In this document: one piece after another, positions 9,580 through 18,143 of the stretch
Numbering within the stretch: position 1 is the first letter of the stretch
Layout: the number at the start of each line of letters is the position of its first letter
NCBI GenBank assembly: GCA_965656375.1
Contig: CBFHKH010000001.1
Span: 475,319-512,844, forward strand
Direction of reading: 5' to 3'
Source: Minisyncoccia bacterium
Lineage (GTDB): Bacteria; Patescibacteriota; Minisyncoccia; Phycocordibacterales; UBA9973
Length of the DNA: 37,526 nt
The notes under the pieces: model-generated
What the model saw: only the letters and a program-made list of their open reading frames with translations
Database searches by the model: none
What the model was told of the DNA's origin: nothing
Program-made: the position numbers and the translations under genes

Positions 9580-12500
9580 CTAGCGCAAATTCCCACAAGA
9601 ATTATTTATAAGTTCTCGTGTTACCGGACCTATTAATCCATCTTGTTTAGTACCTAGAAATTTTTGCATCCTTTTTATAGCGCCATCTGTTATAGGACCT
9701 AAGATGCCGTCTTCCTTGCCAGAAGCAAATCCGAGTCGATTCATGTGAGCTTGAAGGATCTTCACTTCTTTTGCTTTACCATGGGTAAATGAATTGTATA
9801 CGCCATTTCGTGCTCCAGCTTTCATATTTTGAGTTAATATTTGCTCTGATTTACATGTACCTTTATTAAATACTGTAGCAATTGGAACACTTTTTAGTTG
9901 GTGTGTTCCTCGATACCCAGATGGCGAAACGGTCGTCGGAATATTTTGTCCAGTAATAGTGATAGTTATTTCTCCATAAATTCCTGATCCATCATTTGCA
10001 GTAGCCCTGACGATGACAATTCCATTGGAAACGGCTGTAAGTAATCCAGAACTATCTATATTTGCTCTGCCAGTATCCGACGCGACACTCCAGGATACTG
10101 ACCCGTCTGTTGCATCAATTGGAAGTACATTCGCTGACATTTGGAGTGTCCCACCGGCAGTCGTGATAGTAGTTGCGTTTCCTGCTCCTGTAACCGTAAT
10201 ACCGGTAACCATCGTTGTAGGAACGATAATTCGAAATAATACACCCGTTCTCGTTATAGAAGCGGCAGTATTTCCCGCAAAATCAGTTCCCGTAAAAACA
10301 AAACTATATGTTGTACCTGAGATAAGGTTAGAGACATCTGAGGTACAGCTATTGGCAATATCGGAAAGATCAATTGTATGAGTTCCAGAATTAAGCGCAG
10401 TACCTGTAAGCGTGCACGTATGCACAATGGCATCTGCTGTTCCGGACATTCGGGTGATGGTAATAGAGCCGCTTGCTAACGCTTCACTTGAAGTAAAAGC
10501 AATGGCTGATGATGAGGTTACCGTATCTATTGTAGATGAGCTCGCAGGAGTGACAGAAGAAAGGAGAGGAAGAGTTGCATCATAGATGACTGTGTTATCC
10601 GTACTAGTGGAATCAGAGTTTGCATTTCCCAATAGATCATAGACTTTCGAGGCAGAAATTGTAGGAACAATAGTACCGTCAGAACCAACTGCTGTAGCAC
10701 TCAATGTAAAGTGTATATGATCTCCTGTATCTGTGATTCCCCAGGTGATGCTACTTGCTGTTCCCATTTGAGTTATATCATCCGTTGTAAATGTATCGGT
10801 ATCTATTGCTTCGCTCCACACAACACTAAACGTAACAGGCGTACTATTTGTAGGATCTGATTGGCTGTTAGATTGATTTATTATAACGCTAGGACTCGTA
10901 TGATCGTTTGCGTTTATGGCAGGTGAATCTACTGCAGAAGGAGAAGTGGTAAAAGGAACGCTTTCGTTATTCGCCTGATCCAGGAGAACAATTGAAAGAG
11001 CAATTTGGTCATTTTGTACAATATTGCCTTCCCCTCCGGTAATTATATGTGTCAGAGTATATGTCCCGTCATGATTATCAACAAACGTATCCGGGGCAAC
11101 ACCATTTATAGAAATGGTGCCGTCGGTATATCCCGGCGCATCAGCAGTAACGATAACAGTCAGTGTATCGCCCACTTGAAGGATCCCTGTGGTCGGAGAG
11201 AAACTAACACCATTAATGGTCGGAATTGTCTTATCGATTTTTACTGTTCTAGAAACCGCAGTCTCTATGTTGCCATCGTTATCTATAGATCTATATCTGA
11301 AATAATTAGTTCCTTCAGTTGAAATAGTAACTTGATATGGTGAGGTAAGGAGAGTTCCAACCGATGGATCACACGTGTTGTTTGTGTCTATACAATATTT
11401 GGTTGAAGCAACTCCGCTGATGTCATCATCGGGACTAAGGGTGATAGTCTGGTTTGTATTTTGCCAAACTCCATCTTTGGATCCATAGTCATCATTTGTC
11501 TGGGGAGGATTCGTGTCTACTATTATAGCCGACCATGTCAAAGTAAATTCATCGTACGTAAAATTCCCAGCATTGTCGACAACAGTCAAGCGAATGACAT
11601 AGGTATCTTCTGTATCAGCAGAGATTGTAGTATCTTCTGATGTTGCTGAGCCAAACGTTATTATCCCTGCACCGGACTCTTGAGACCATTGATATGTTGC
11701 TACCCCCGAAGCATCGTCTGATGTAGCTGCATTTTCTAAAAATGTTGCATTTCTAGTTTTATCAACTCCAGCATTAACTGATGGCGGCGTATCATCGATC
11801 TTTACAGTCCTAGAAACTGTATCTTGCACATTGCTCGCATTGTCTGTAGAAGCATATCTCAAGTATCGTACTCCTTCCGCGCTCATAAGGATCTGGTACG
11901 GTGAATTCAATATAGTTCCTACTGATGGATCGCAGGTATCCGAAGAATCAATACAATATTTTGTGACAGCAACCCCAGAGAATGCATCTGTTGGGATTAA
12001 TGTGATTGTCTGATGAGTGGTAACCCAAGTATCGTTATGAGCATAATCGTCGGATGTGGTTGGCTTGCCAGAATCTACTTTCGCCATATCACTAGAAGTA
12101 TAAGTGGTCTGGTTGCCCGCTGTGTCCTCGATAAAGTATTGGTATTCATAACAGTTCCCGCTTGAAACAGTTGTGTCAGAATATGGTGAATCAGTATAAC
12201 CTGTGTGTAAATCCGAGAAAGAGCCGAATGTGTCGCACGTACCGTCAGTCAATAACGCAGCAGAAGCTCTTTTGATTTTCCCCGTTCCAGTATTCAATCC
12301 AGAAACTAAATCTGTTCCTATATCGTATGTAATGGTAACTGATTCGGTTGTGTAATATCCACTGGTATACGAAACCGATCCGCCGGTCGGTGCTGCTGTA
12401 TCTACTTTGGCGACATTACTTGAAGTGTAGGTAGCTTGGTTGCCAGCGGCGTCTTGTATAACATATTGATATTTATAACAATGATCGCTCGTAACCGTTG

Positions 12501-14367
12501 TGTCAGAATATGGTGAATCAGAAAAACCAGTATGAAGATCAGTAAAGGAACTGAAGGCACCGCACGTACCTCCAGATAAAGTAGCTGAGGCTCTTTTGAT
12601 TTTACCGCTCCCAGTATTCAATCCTGAAATTGAATCAGATCCAGTGGTATAGGTAACAGGAACAGAAGCTGACGTAAAGTAACCATTTGTATACGATACA
12701 GAGCCGCCGGTCGGTGCTGCTGTATCTACTTTGGCGACATTACTTGAAGTGTAGGTAGCTTGGTTGCCAGCGGCGTCAGAAACAAGATATTGGTATTTAT
12801 AGCAATTGCCGGAAGAAACGCTCGCATCAGTGAAGTTCGGATACGAACCTGATGTAGTGACGGTTGAGAAGGTCCCAGTGTAGCTTCCGCACGTACCTCC
12901 GGATAATGTCGCTGAGTCTCGTTTGAGTACTCGGGTAGAAGTATTTATCCCAGAACCTCCCGAATCACTTCCATCACTCACAGTTACAGAAACCGAAGCT
13001 GACGTAAAGTACCCATTTGTATACGATACCGAGCCGCCGGTCGGTGCTGCTGTATCTACTTTGGCGACGTTGTTCGAAGTATACGTGGCTTGGTTGCCGG
13101 AATTGTCGGAAACCAAATATTTGTATTTGTAACAGTTGCCTGAAGAAACCGTACTGTCAGTAAAATTAGAATATGTTCCAGTCGGAGTTATGGTTGAAAA
13201 AGTTCCCGTGTAGCTTCCGCACGTACCTCCGGATAATGTCGCTGAGTCTCTTTGGACAATTCTTGTAGACGTATTAATTCCCGAGGCAGAATCAGTACCA
13301 TCACTAGCTGTCAGAGCTACCGAAGCTGATGTAAAATATCCGTCAGTATACGAGATGGACCCGCCAGTTGGCGCGATGCTATCAGTAACCGTCACGGTCG
13401 GCGAAGTAACGATCGTGTCATAACTTACTGAAGAATTTGCTCTGGAACCTGTCGTGAACGTACTTGTTTGAGCAGTGGATGGAGCTGTTGCTGCTCCTCC
13501 GGCGCCTGTACCATAGTTAACAGTTATTGTCTGACCATTAGTAAGAGAAATATTACTTACCTGGATATGGTTACCAGAAAAGTTTGGGACTACAGTACTG
13601 CCACTTCCTACACCAATAGTAAAATCATCAACCCATATGTTTGCAGTTTGAACTGACGAATTGTTAATTTGAAATCCGTAACTCTGTACATTGTTTCGAA
13701 TAGCAGTACTTCCAAAGGTGAACGTAACGTGTGTCCATGTATTTGCTGTGATTGAGTTTGATCCTGCTTTACCAAATTGCAAACTTTCAACCTGGTTTGA
13801 GAAAGAAGCATTCTGACTGTTTGCGTATATAAAAGACAAGTTACCGTTACTGAAAGTGGCGGAAGAACGAATCCAAAAACCAACAGTGGTAAATGAAGTC
13901 CAGTCTTGTGCGGTGATATTCTTCACCATAACGTCGTGGTTGCTCTCACTGCTGTTTACACATTTTACCGAACCGGTACCCTCTTGTTTTAGAGTTAAGT
14001 CATTTGTAATACCACCGGAGCACGCACTGCCGCCCCATGTACTTGCATCTTGAGTACCATCAGCAGTATCGAAAATTCTTCCGATGGTACCAGTAGTGGA
14101 TGCAGTCGTATACCCAGCAGTCCCTGAAACACCGTTCGGCGTAGTCCAGCCTGCGGGTACATTTATATCTATACCTCCTCCGTCACTCATGTCTTCGGCC
14201 GCAGTAAATATAAATTGTAAAGTGTTATTTGTAGAACTATAGCTCGTTGAAGTCGGCGATACGGTATTGGTTCCGGTTCCAATCGCAAATGCAGGAGAAA
14301 AAGAGAAAAAGAATCCTTGAAGTATGAGGAGGGATGTAATTAAAACTTTATTGTTAAGTTTTTTCAT
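9580..14367 (-). CDS. Large Ser/Thr-rich secreted surface protein with tandem Ig-like repeats, a Big_2-like domain and a C-terminal peptidoglycan-binding domain
   Basis: Signal peptide ending AFA; four ~110-aa Cys-paired repeats plus two of a second repeat type; V.WS......[21 protein letters not shown]; LQ....LGF....DGI.GP.T..AI...Q. Confidence 0.88.
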   Translation of the reverse strand: MKKLNNKVLITSLLILQGFFFSFSPAFAIGTGTNTVSPTSTSYSSTNNTLQFIFTAAEDMSDGGGIDINVPAGWTTPNGVSGTAGYTTASTTGTIGRIFDTADGTQDASTWGGSACSGGITNDLTLKQEGTGSVKCVNSSESNHDVMVKNITAQDWTSFTTVGFWIRSSATFSNGNLSFIYANSQNASFSNQVESLQFGKAGSNSITANTWTHVTFTFGSTAIRNNVQSYGFQINNSSVQTANIWVDDFTIGVGSGSTVVPNFSGNHIQVSNISLTNGQTITVNYGTGAGGAATAPSTAQTSTFTTGSRANSSVSYDTIVTSPTVTVTDSIAPTGGSISYTDGYFTSASVALTASDGTDSASGINTSTRIVQRDSATLSGGTCGSYTGTFSTITPTGTYSNFTDSTVSSGNCYKYKYLVSDNSGNQATYTSNNVAKVDTAAPTGGSVSYTNGYFTSASVSVTVSDGSDSGGSGINTSTRVLKRDSATLSGGTCGSYTGTFSTVTTSGSYPNFTDASVSSGNCYKYQYLVSDAAGNQATYTSSNVAKVDTAAPTGGSVSYTNGYFTSASVPVTYTTGSDSISGLNTGSGKIKRASATLSGGTCGAFSSFTDLHTGFSDSPYSDTTVTSDHCYKYQYVIQDAAGNQATYTSSNVAKVDTAAPTGGSVSYTSGYYTTESVTITYDIGTDLVSGLNTGTGKIKRASAALLTDGTCDTFGSFSDLHTGYTDSPYSDTTVSSGNCYEYQYFIEDTAGNQTTYTSSDMAKVDSGKPTTSDDYAHNDTWVTTHQTITLIPTDAFSGVAVTKYCIDSSDTCDPSVGTILNSPYQILMSAEGVRYLRYASTDNASNVQDTVSRTVKIDDTPPSVNAGVDKTRNATFLENAATSDDASGVATYQWSQESGAGIITFGSATSEDTTISADTEDTYVIRLTVVDNAGNFTYDEFTLTWSAIIVDTNPPQTNDDYGSKDGVWQNTNQTITLSPDDDISGVASTKYCIDTNNTCDPSVGTLLTSPYQVTISTEGTNYFRYRSIDNDGNIETAVSRTVKIDKTIPTINGVSFSPTTGILQVGDTLTVIVTADAPGYTDGTISINGVAPDTFVDNHDGTYTLTHIITGGEGNIVQNDQIALSIVLLDQANNESVPFTTSPSAVDSPAINANDHTSPSVIINQSNSQSDPTNSTPVTFSVVWSEAIDTDTFTTDDITQMGTASSITWGITDTGDHIHFTLSATAVGSDGTIVPTISASKVYDLLGNANSDSTSTDNTVIYDATLPLLSSVTPASSSTIDTVTSSSAIAFTSSEALASGSITITRMSGTADAIVHTCTLTGTALNSGTHTIDLSDIANSCTSDVSNLISGTTYSFVFTGTDFAGNTAASITRTGVLFRIIVPTTMVTGITVTGAGNATTITTAGGTLQMSANVLPIDATDGSVSWSVASDTGRANIDSSGLLTAVSNGIVIVRATANDGSGIYGEITITITGQNIPTTVSPSGYRGTHQLKSVPIATVFNKGTCKSEQILTQNMKAGARNGVYNSFTHGKAKEVKILQAHMNRLGFASGKEDGILGPITDGAIKRMQKFLGTKQDGLIGPVTRELINNSCGNLR
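12066..13383 (-). repeat. Four intragenic tandem repeats of ~324-330 bp
   Basis: Unit [14 protein letters not shown]...C...CYKY.Y...D.AGNQ.TYTS..VAKV. 12380-12453 is identical to 12704-12777 (74 bp) and 12878-12920 is identical to 13208-13250 (43 bp). Confidence 0.9.
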
Positions 14368-14465
14368 AAGGATCTTTTCCGGATTGAAATACTGCTGCTA
14401 CAGTATATCAATATCTGTATAAATTTGCATTAGTATACCGTGAATTTGACACGACATATATGGGA

Positions 14466-15204
14466 GATAATGGGGTCAGGTACCATTTCTTGGCCTTCCA
14501 CGATTCCTCGTTGTTGCAATAAGATTATGCCTTTGTATAGCATGATTTGACCAGGTATTAGAACCATATGGCTTCCCTTTCTGAATAGAGAGACGTAATG
14601 CTTCTTGTTCGTGCTTATAAATTGGCATATTTACAAAAGACAGATAATCCTGGGGTTCTTCAATTGGCCATCTATCTAAAAAATTATTTCGATTTGATAA
14701 CCGTTTTGAAAGACTAGAATAATTCCAATCTTCAGCTCTTTGTACAAGATCTGCACGTAAAGGATTTCGCTCTATATAACGGATTGCCGTTAAAAGATGT
14801 TTATCTTTTTCGATAAGAAAAGATTTGTATCTTCCTTGGTATAAATGACCAGATCCTATTGTTTTATTCTTGATGTGCCATCGCTGAGTATGAGTAAGAG
14901 TTACCCACTGCATAAATTTTCCGAGATCACCTTCTTTTTTCGGATAAAGAACGAGATGAAAATGATTTGGCATTAAGCAATACGCTATAATTCTCATGCC
15001 ATATTTTTCTTTTCCATCTTGCAATATATTTTCAAAAAGCTTGTAATCATTTTCGTCAAAAAATATCGGCAATCTTGCATTTGCTCTGTTTAAAATATGA
15101 TAAACTTCATCACCTACATCAACTCGTACACTTCGTGCCATAATTAAACAATAGCAAGAAGTAAATAAAAGAATTCTAAATTAATGGTACCTGACCCCAT
15201 TATC
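14466..15204. mobile_element. RAYT (REP-associated tyrosine transposase) module with 22-bp perfect inverted repeats
   Basis: GATAATGGGGTCAGGTACCATT (14466-14487) and its exact reverse complement (15183-15204) flank the HUH transposase; the left copy contains the stop codon. Confidence 0.85.
14476..15141 (-). CDS. REP-associated tyrosine transposase (Y1_Tnp, IS200/IS605 superfamily)
   Basis: YHILNR, HUH motif MPNHFHLV, GHLYQGRYKS, catalytic YIERNP, W..SS, C-terminal RGRP. Confidence 0.92.
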   Translation of the reverse strand: MARSVRVDVGDEVYHILNRANARLPIFFDENDYKLFENILQDGKEKYGMRIIAYCLMPNHFHLVLYPKKEGDLGKFMQWVTLTHTQRWHIKNKTIGSGHLYQGRYKSFLIEKDKHLLTAIRYIERNPLRADLVQRAEDWNYSSLSKRLSNRNNFLDRWPIEEPQDYLSFVNMPIYKHEQEALRLSIQKGKPYGSNTWSNHAIQRHNLIATTRNRGRPRNGT

Positions 15205-15376
15205 CTAACGGAGAGGAAATAATTCTATCAATAAGTATTCCTTTGTTTTTGATATTTTGAGCGGTAACTCTTGCTTGTTGTTTACCTTTTTCAGTTAGAA
15301 GTGAGTTATCACGTTGCCCAGCAAATACACCCTTAAGGTTCGCTTCACTTTCACCATGTCGGACAAAATAAATCAT
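15200..15376 (-). pseudogene. Truncated histidine phosphatase (phosphoglycerate mutase family)
   Basis: MIYFVRHGESEANLKGVFAGQRDNSLLTEKGKQQARVTAQNIKNKGILIDRIISSPLG* (58 aa); the stop codon lies inside the RAYT inverted repeat. Confidence 0.85.
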
Positions 15377-15382
15377 AAAAAA

Positions 15383-15721
15383 TTAACTCAACTTATTTCC
15401 AATATCCACTGAATCAGTTTTAGGTTCAATTAGAACCCATCCATCACCAGCATTATTTTTAAATCCGAGTGTTAGTACTTCTGAAAAGAATGTACCAATT
15501 TGCTTTGGAGGAAAGTTCACAACACAGCATACAAATGAATTAAGTAGATCCTCTTTTTTATGAGCACCAACAGCCTGAACACTCGATTGTTTTATTCCTA
15601 TGTCCTGACCAAAATCAATCTTTAATTTATAAGCAGGTTTTCGAGCTTCTGGGAAATCAGAAATTTCTATAATTTTTCCAACTCGTATATCTACTTTTTC
15701 AAAATCTTCATATGTGATCAT
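15383..15721 (-). CDS. csaA: tRNA-binding protein / secretion chaperone CsaA
   Basis: ITYEDFEKVDIRVG...FPEARKPAYKL.IDFG..IG.K.SS, VVNFPPKQI..F.SEVLTLG; start at ATG 15721. Confidence 0.9.
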   Translation of the reverse strand: MITYEDFEKVDIRVGKIIEISDFPEARKPAYKLKIDFGQDIGIKQSSVQAVGAHKKEDLLNSFVCCVVNFPPKQIGTFFSEVLTLGFKNNAGDGWVLIEPKTDSVDIGNKLS

Positions 15722-15761
15722 AAATATTTTATTTAAAAACTTTATAGAGCTCAATACCTAA

Positions 15762-16310
15762 TTACTTTAATTCATACTCCCAGCCTGGTTGCCAAGATCG
15801 TGTCTTGCGCCAATCCTCTGCGAGTGCTTGTTTCCACGTTTTGCCTTTAAGTAATACATCAAGAGAAAGTTGCGGAGCTTTATGACCTACGAGGGCAACA
15901 TGTTTACCATCATAATTCTTCTTGAGAAATTCAAGAAGGTCAGCAATTCTATTCTTAACATCTTCATAGCTTTCCCCTTCTGGGAATGGTTTGTAGATAC
16001 ACTCATCTTCTTGCATTGGTTCGACGATTGCTGATGATGCAGCGTTTAGTTTTCCATAGTTACATTCTCGGAGCCGTGTATCAGGAATGATTTCATATAA
16101 TCCTTCCCATGCTAATTTTGCGGATTTATGAGCACGTTGTAGATCAGAACAAAAGACTACATCAAATTTCATATCTTTTGTTTCATCTTTCAATTCTATA
16201 GACTGTTTTACTCCTAAATCCGAAAGAGCTACATCAGACCAGCCTGATGAGATTTCTTTTTCGTTATCTGTTGTCGTACCGTGTACGAAGTATGTTATTT
16301 TGATAGACAT
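15762..16310 (-). CDS. Histidine phosphatase family protein (VHG variant of the RHG motif)
   Basis: YFVHG, D..LS..G..Q, SDLQRA, LRECNYG, FP.GES, LVGH. Confidence 0.88.
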   Translation of the reverse strand: MSIKITYFVHGTTTDNEKEISSGWSDVALSDLGVKQSIELKDETKDMKFDVVFCSDLQRAHKSAKLAWEGLYEIIPDTRLRECNYGKLNAASSAIVEPMQEDECIYKPFPEGESYEDVKNRIADLLEFLKKNYDGKHVALVGHKAPQLSLDVLLKGKTWKQALAEDWRKTRSWQPGWEYELK

Positions 16311-16564
16311 ATATTTTTAAAAGAGTATCTAGGACTCGAACTGAGAATTCATTGATAAATATAGATATTTTAATTTTAGCATTTTGACCCGTCTAGGTCA
16401 CTTTTTGTGATTTTCAAAATGAGCATTGTCCTGTATGACGCGTCATGGTCGCAAGGTACCAAAAACTAGACTGCTGGCGTCTTTGAGCTGGAACGGTGGT
16501 CGGTCAAGCCCTGCAAGGACATTTTCAATACTTTTAGCTTAACATTTCGACGGTCCTTGAGCAC

Positions 16565-16735
16565 CTATAAAGTTACCTCTCTTCCATGTCCATCTAACAC
16601 CACTCCTTTTGGAAGCTTATACAGATCAGGGTTCTGTTCCTTATCCATTTTTATCAGTAGATCAAATAGACCAACGACTCTATCTCGTTCTTCCTGTGTC
16701 CAATTCTTAGGATTTTTCTTATCTTCTTGATTCAT
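16565..16735 (-). CDS. Small hypothetical protein (56 aa)
   Basis: MNQEDKKNPKNWTQEERDRVVGLFDLLIKMDK...; amphipathic helix; ATG at 16735 preferred over the upstream GTG. Confidence 0.6.
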   Translation of the reverse strand: MNQEDKKNPKNWTQEERDRVVGLFDLLIKMDKEQNPDLYKLPKGVVLDGHGREVTL

Positions 16736-16799
16736 AAAAAGTGACAAAAGTGACACGTATTAGGCTTATAAAATTACAGTTGCGTGTCACCTTAAATTG

Positions 16800-17711
16800 T
16801 TACTCAAAACCAACACTCGGATCTTTGATTAGTTTAATCATTTCCAATCTTTCTTTTTGATCTTTTGAGTCTGCTTGAGCATCTTCGACCATACCAATAA
16901 TCGAAGACATATGCCCGGTTCTCTTTCTCATTAGGAAATGCAAATATTCATTATCTTCCGCTGGATCAAGAGGTAATGGCTCCAATTCTTTCAGTAGATT
17001 GATCCGATCCAGACCGTCCGTTTTTAATAGAAATAGAAGAACTTCCATCATTGCAATCTCGTCGCTTTCAAAATTTATTTCTTCATCACCCCAGACAACC
17101 TTTGCCGCCTTAGACCAACTTCCTGAAATTTCGTATGTGTATAAATTCTTTGTTGTTGCGGCTTTATCAGTAATTTTATATAGATCCTTTGCTATTTTTT
17201 TCACTGTCTTTCCCATGAATTTTTTGATCTGCAAAGAATTCTCGGCACCGATAATATCGTCTTCGACCCTTATGCCGAGGTGTTTATGTAGAAATGTAAG
17301 AAACAGCTTTTTGTCCTTAGATAGATTATCAATTTGAGGAAGATTGAAACGACCATAGCGATGGTCTTCGTAAAACACAGAGAGAAGCGTAAGCAACCCT
17401 GTATGGACAGGACCCAGATCTAAATCAACGCTTTTCTTAAGTCTGTTATAGAGAGTAATGTGGTCGTGAGTAATTAGAGTTTTCTCGAATTCGTCTATAT
17501 TGGTATCGTCATTAACCTCTACTAGGACAATAGCGACCTTGAACATCCTCTCCAGTCCAATGGAGAGATTATAGAGAACTGGAAATATCTCAATTTCCAA
17601 ATTCAAGGTTTCCATTTCATGGAGATTTCTCAATCCATCATAGATAAAGTTACAAGCAATTTCTTGCTCTTCTCCCATTTTAAAGTTTTGCCAAAATTCT
17701 GAAGGATTCAT
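16800..17711 (-). CDS. Hypothetical protein with a HEPN-like N-terminal domain
   Basis: GLERMFKVAI ... THDHITL ... YEDHRY follows the E..LK / H.L..L / RY pattern of HEPN domains; last gene of the defence operon. Confidence 0.55.
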   Translation of the reverse strand: MNPSEFWQNFKMGEEQEIACNFIYDGLRNLHEMETLNLEIEIFPVLYNLSIGLERMFKVAIVLVEVNDDTNIDEFEKTLITHDHITLYNRLKKSVDLDLGPVHTGLLTLLSVFYEDHRYGRFNLPQIDNLSKDKKLFLTFLHKHLGIRVEDDIIGAENSLQIKKFMGKTVKKIAKDLYKITDKAATTKNLYTYEISGSWSKAAKVVWGDEEINFESDEIAMMEVLLFLLKTDGLDRINLLKELEPLPLDPAEDNEYLHFLMRKRTGHMSSIIGMVEDAQADSKDQKERLEMIKLIKDPSVGFE

Positions 17712-17714
17712 AAG

Positions 17715-18143
17715 TTAAAGAGGTAATACTTCTATAAGATTATGTTCATCTCGTCCAAGTTCAATACGATATAGGAATTCGTACCCATGTTTGAGATGAA
17801 TAGCCCTGAGCTTATTCTCATCATTGTCTCTTGGTTCGTCGTTCCAATACCCCTTAACTTCTATAGCTATCAAATTGCGTCCCGTAGGACCAAATTCGTG
17901 AACAATAATATCAGGAACGATCAGATTTCCATCGAGATCCTTTTTTGGCTTTCTGTTACCAATCTCTCCCTCTCGATTGTATTCAGACCAAACTTCATAA
18001 TTTGGAAAATGCTCACGTAGGTACGGCAATATTTCAGGAACAATAGTCCTCTCATGAGCCTTTTCGTCGATCAAATTTTTATTATCTCGATAAATGATTC
18101 TGCAGGCTTCATTGATTATCTTTTCAATAGTTTCTTTATTCAT
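17715..18143 (-). CDS. PD-(D/E)xK nuclease-fold protein (142 aa)
   Basis: HE...EYNR...PDIIVH...IAIEVK; the ATG at 18143 overlaps the helicase stop. Confidence 0.7.
   Translation of the reverse strand: MNKETIEKIINEACRIIYRDNKNLIDEKAHERTIVPEILPYLREHFPNYEVWSEYNREGEIGNRKPKKDLDGNLIVPDIIVHEFGPTGRNLIAIEVKGYWNDEPRDNDENKLRAIHLKHGYEFLYRIELGRDEHNLIEVLPL

Noticed and set aside
12066-13383. Repeated DNA blocks as a CRISPR array or diversity-generating retroelement template/variable pair
   Set aside because: In-frame ~330-bp coding repeats; no cas or reverse transcriptase gene, and no adenine-specific mismatch pattern seen.
16332-16341. GGACTCGAAC matches the tRNA-Gln T arm (31429-31438) in the same orientation, suggesting a tRNA att duplication
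   Set aside because: Only 10 bp, with no continuation into the acceptor stem. A similar match occurs inside the LOG gene near 31733, and no tyrosine integrase is present.
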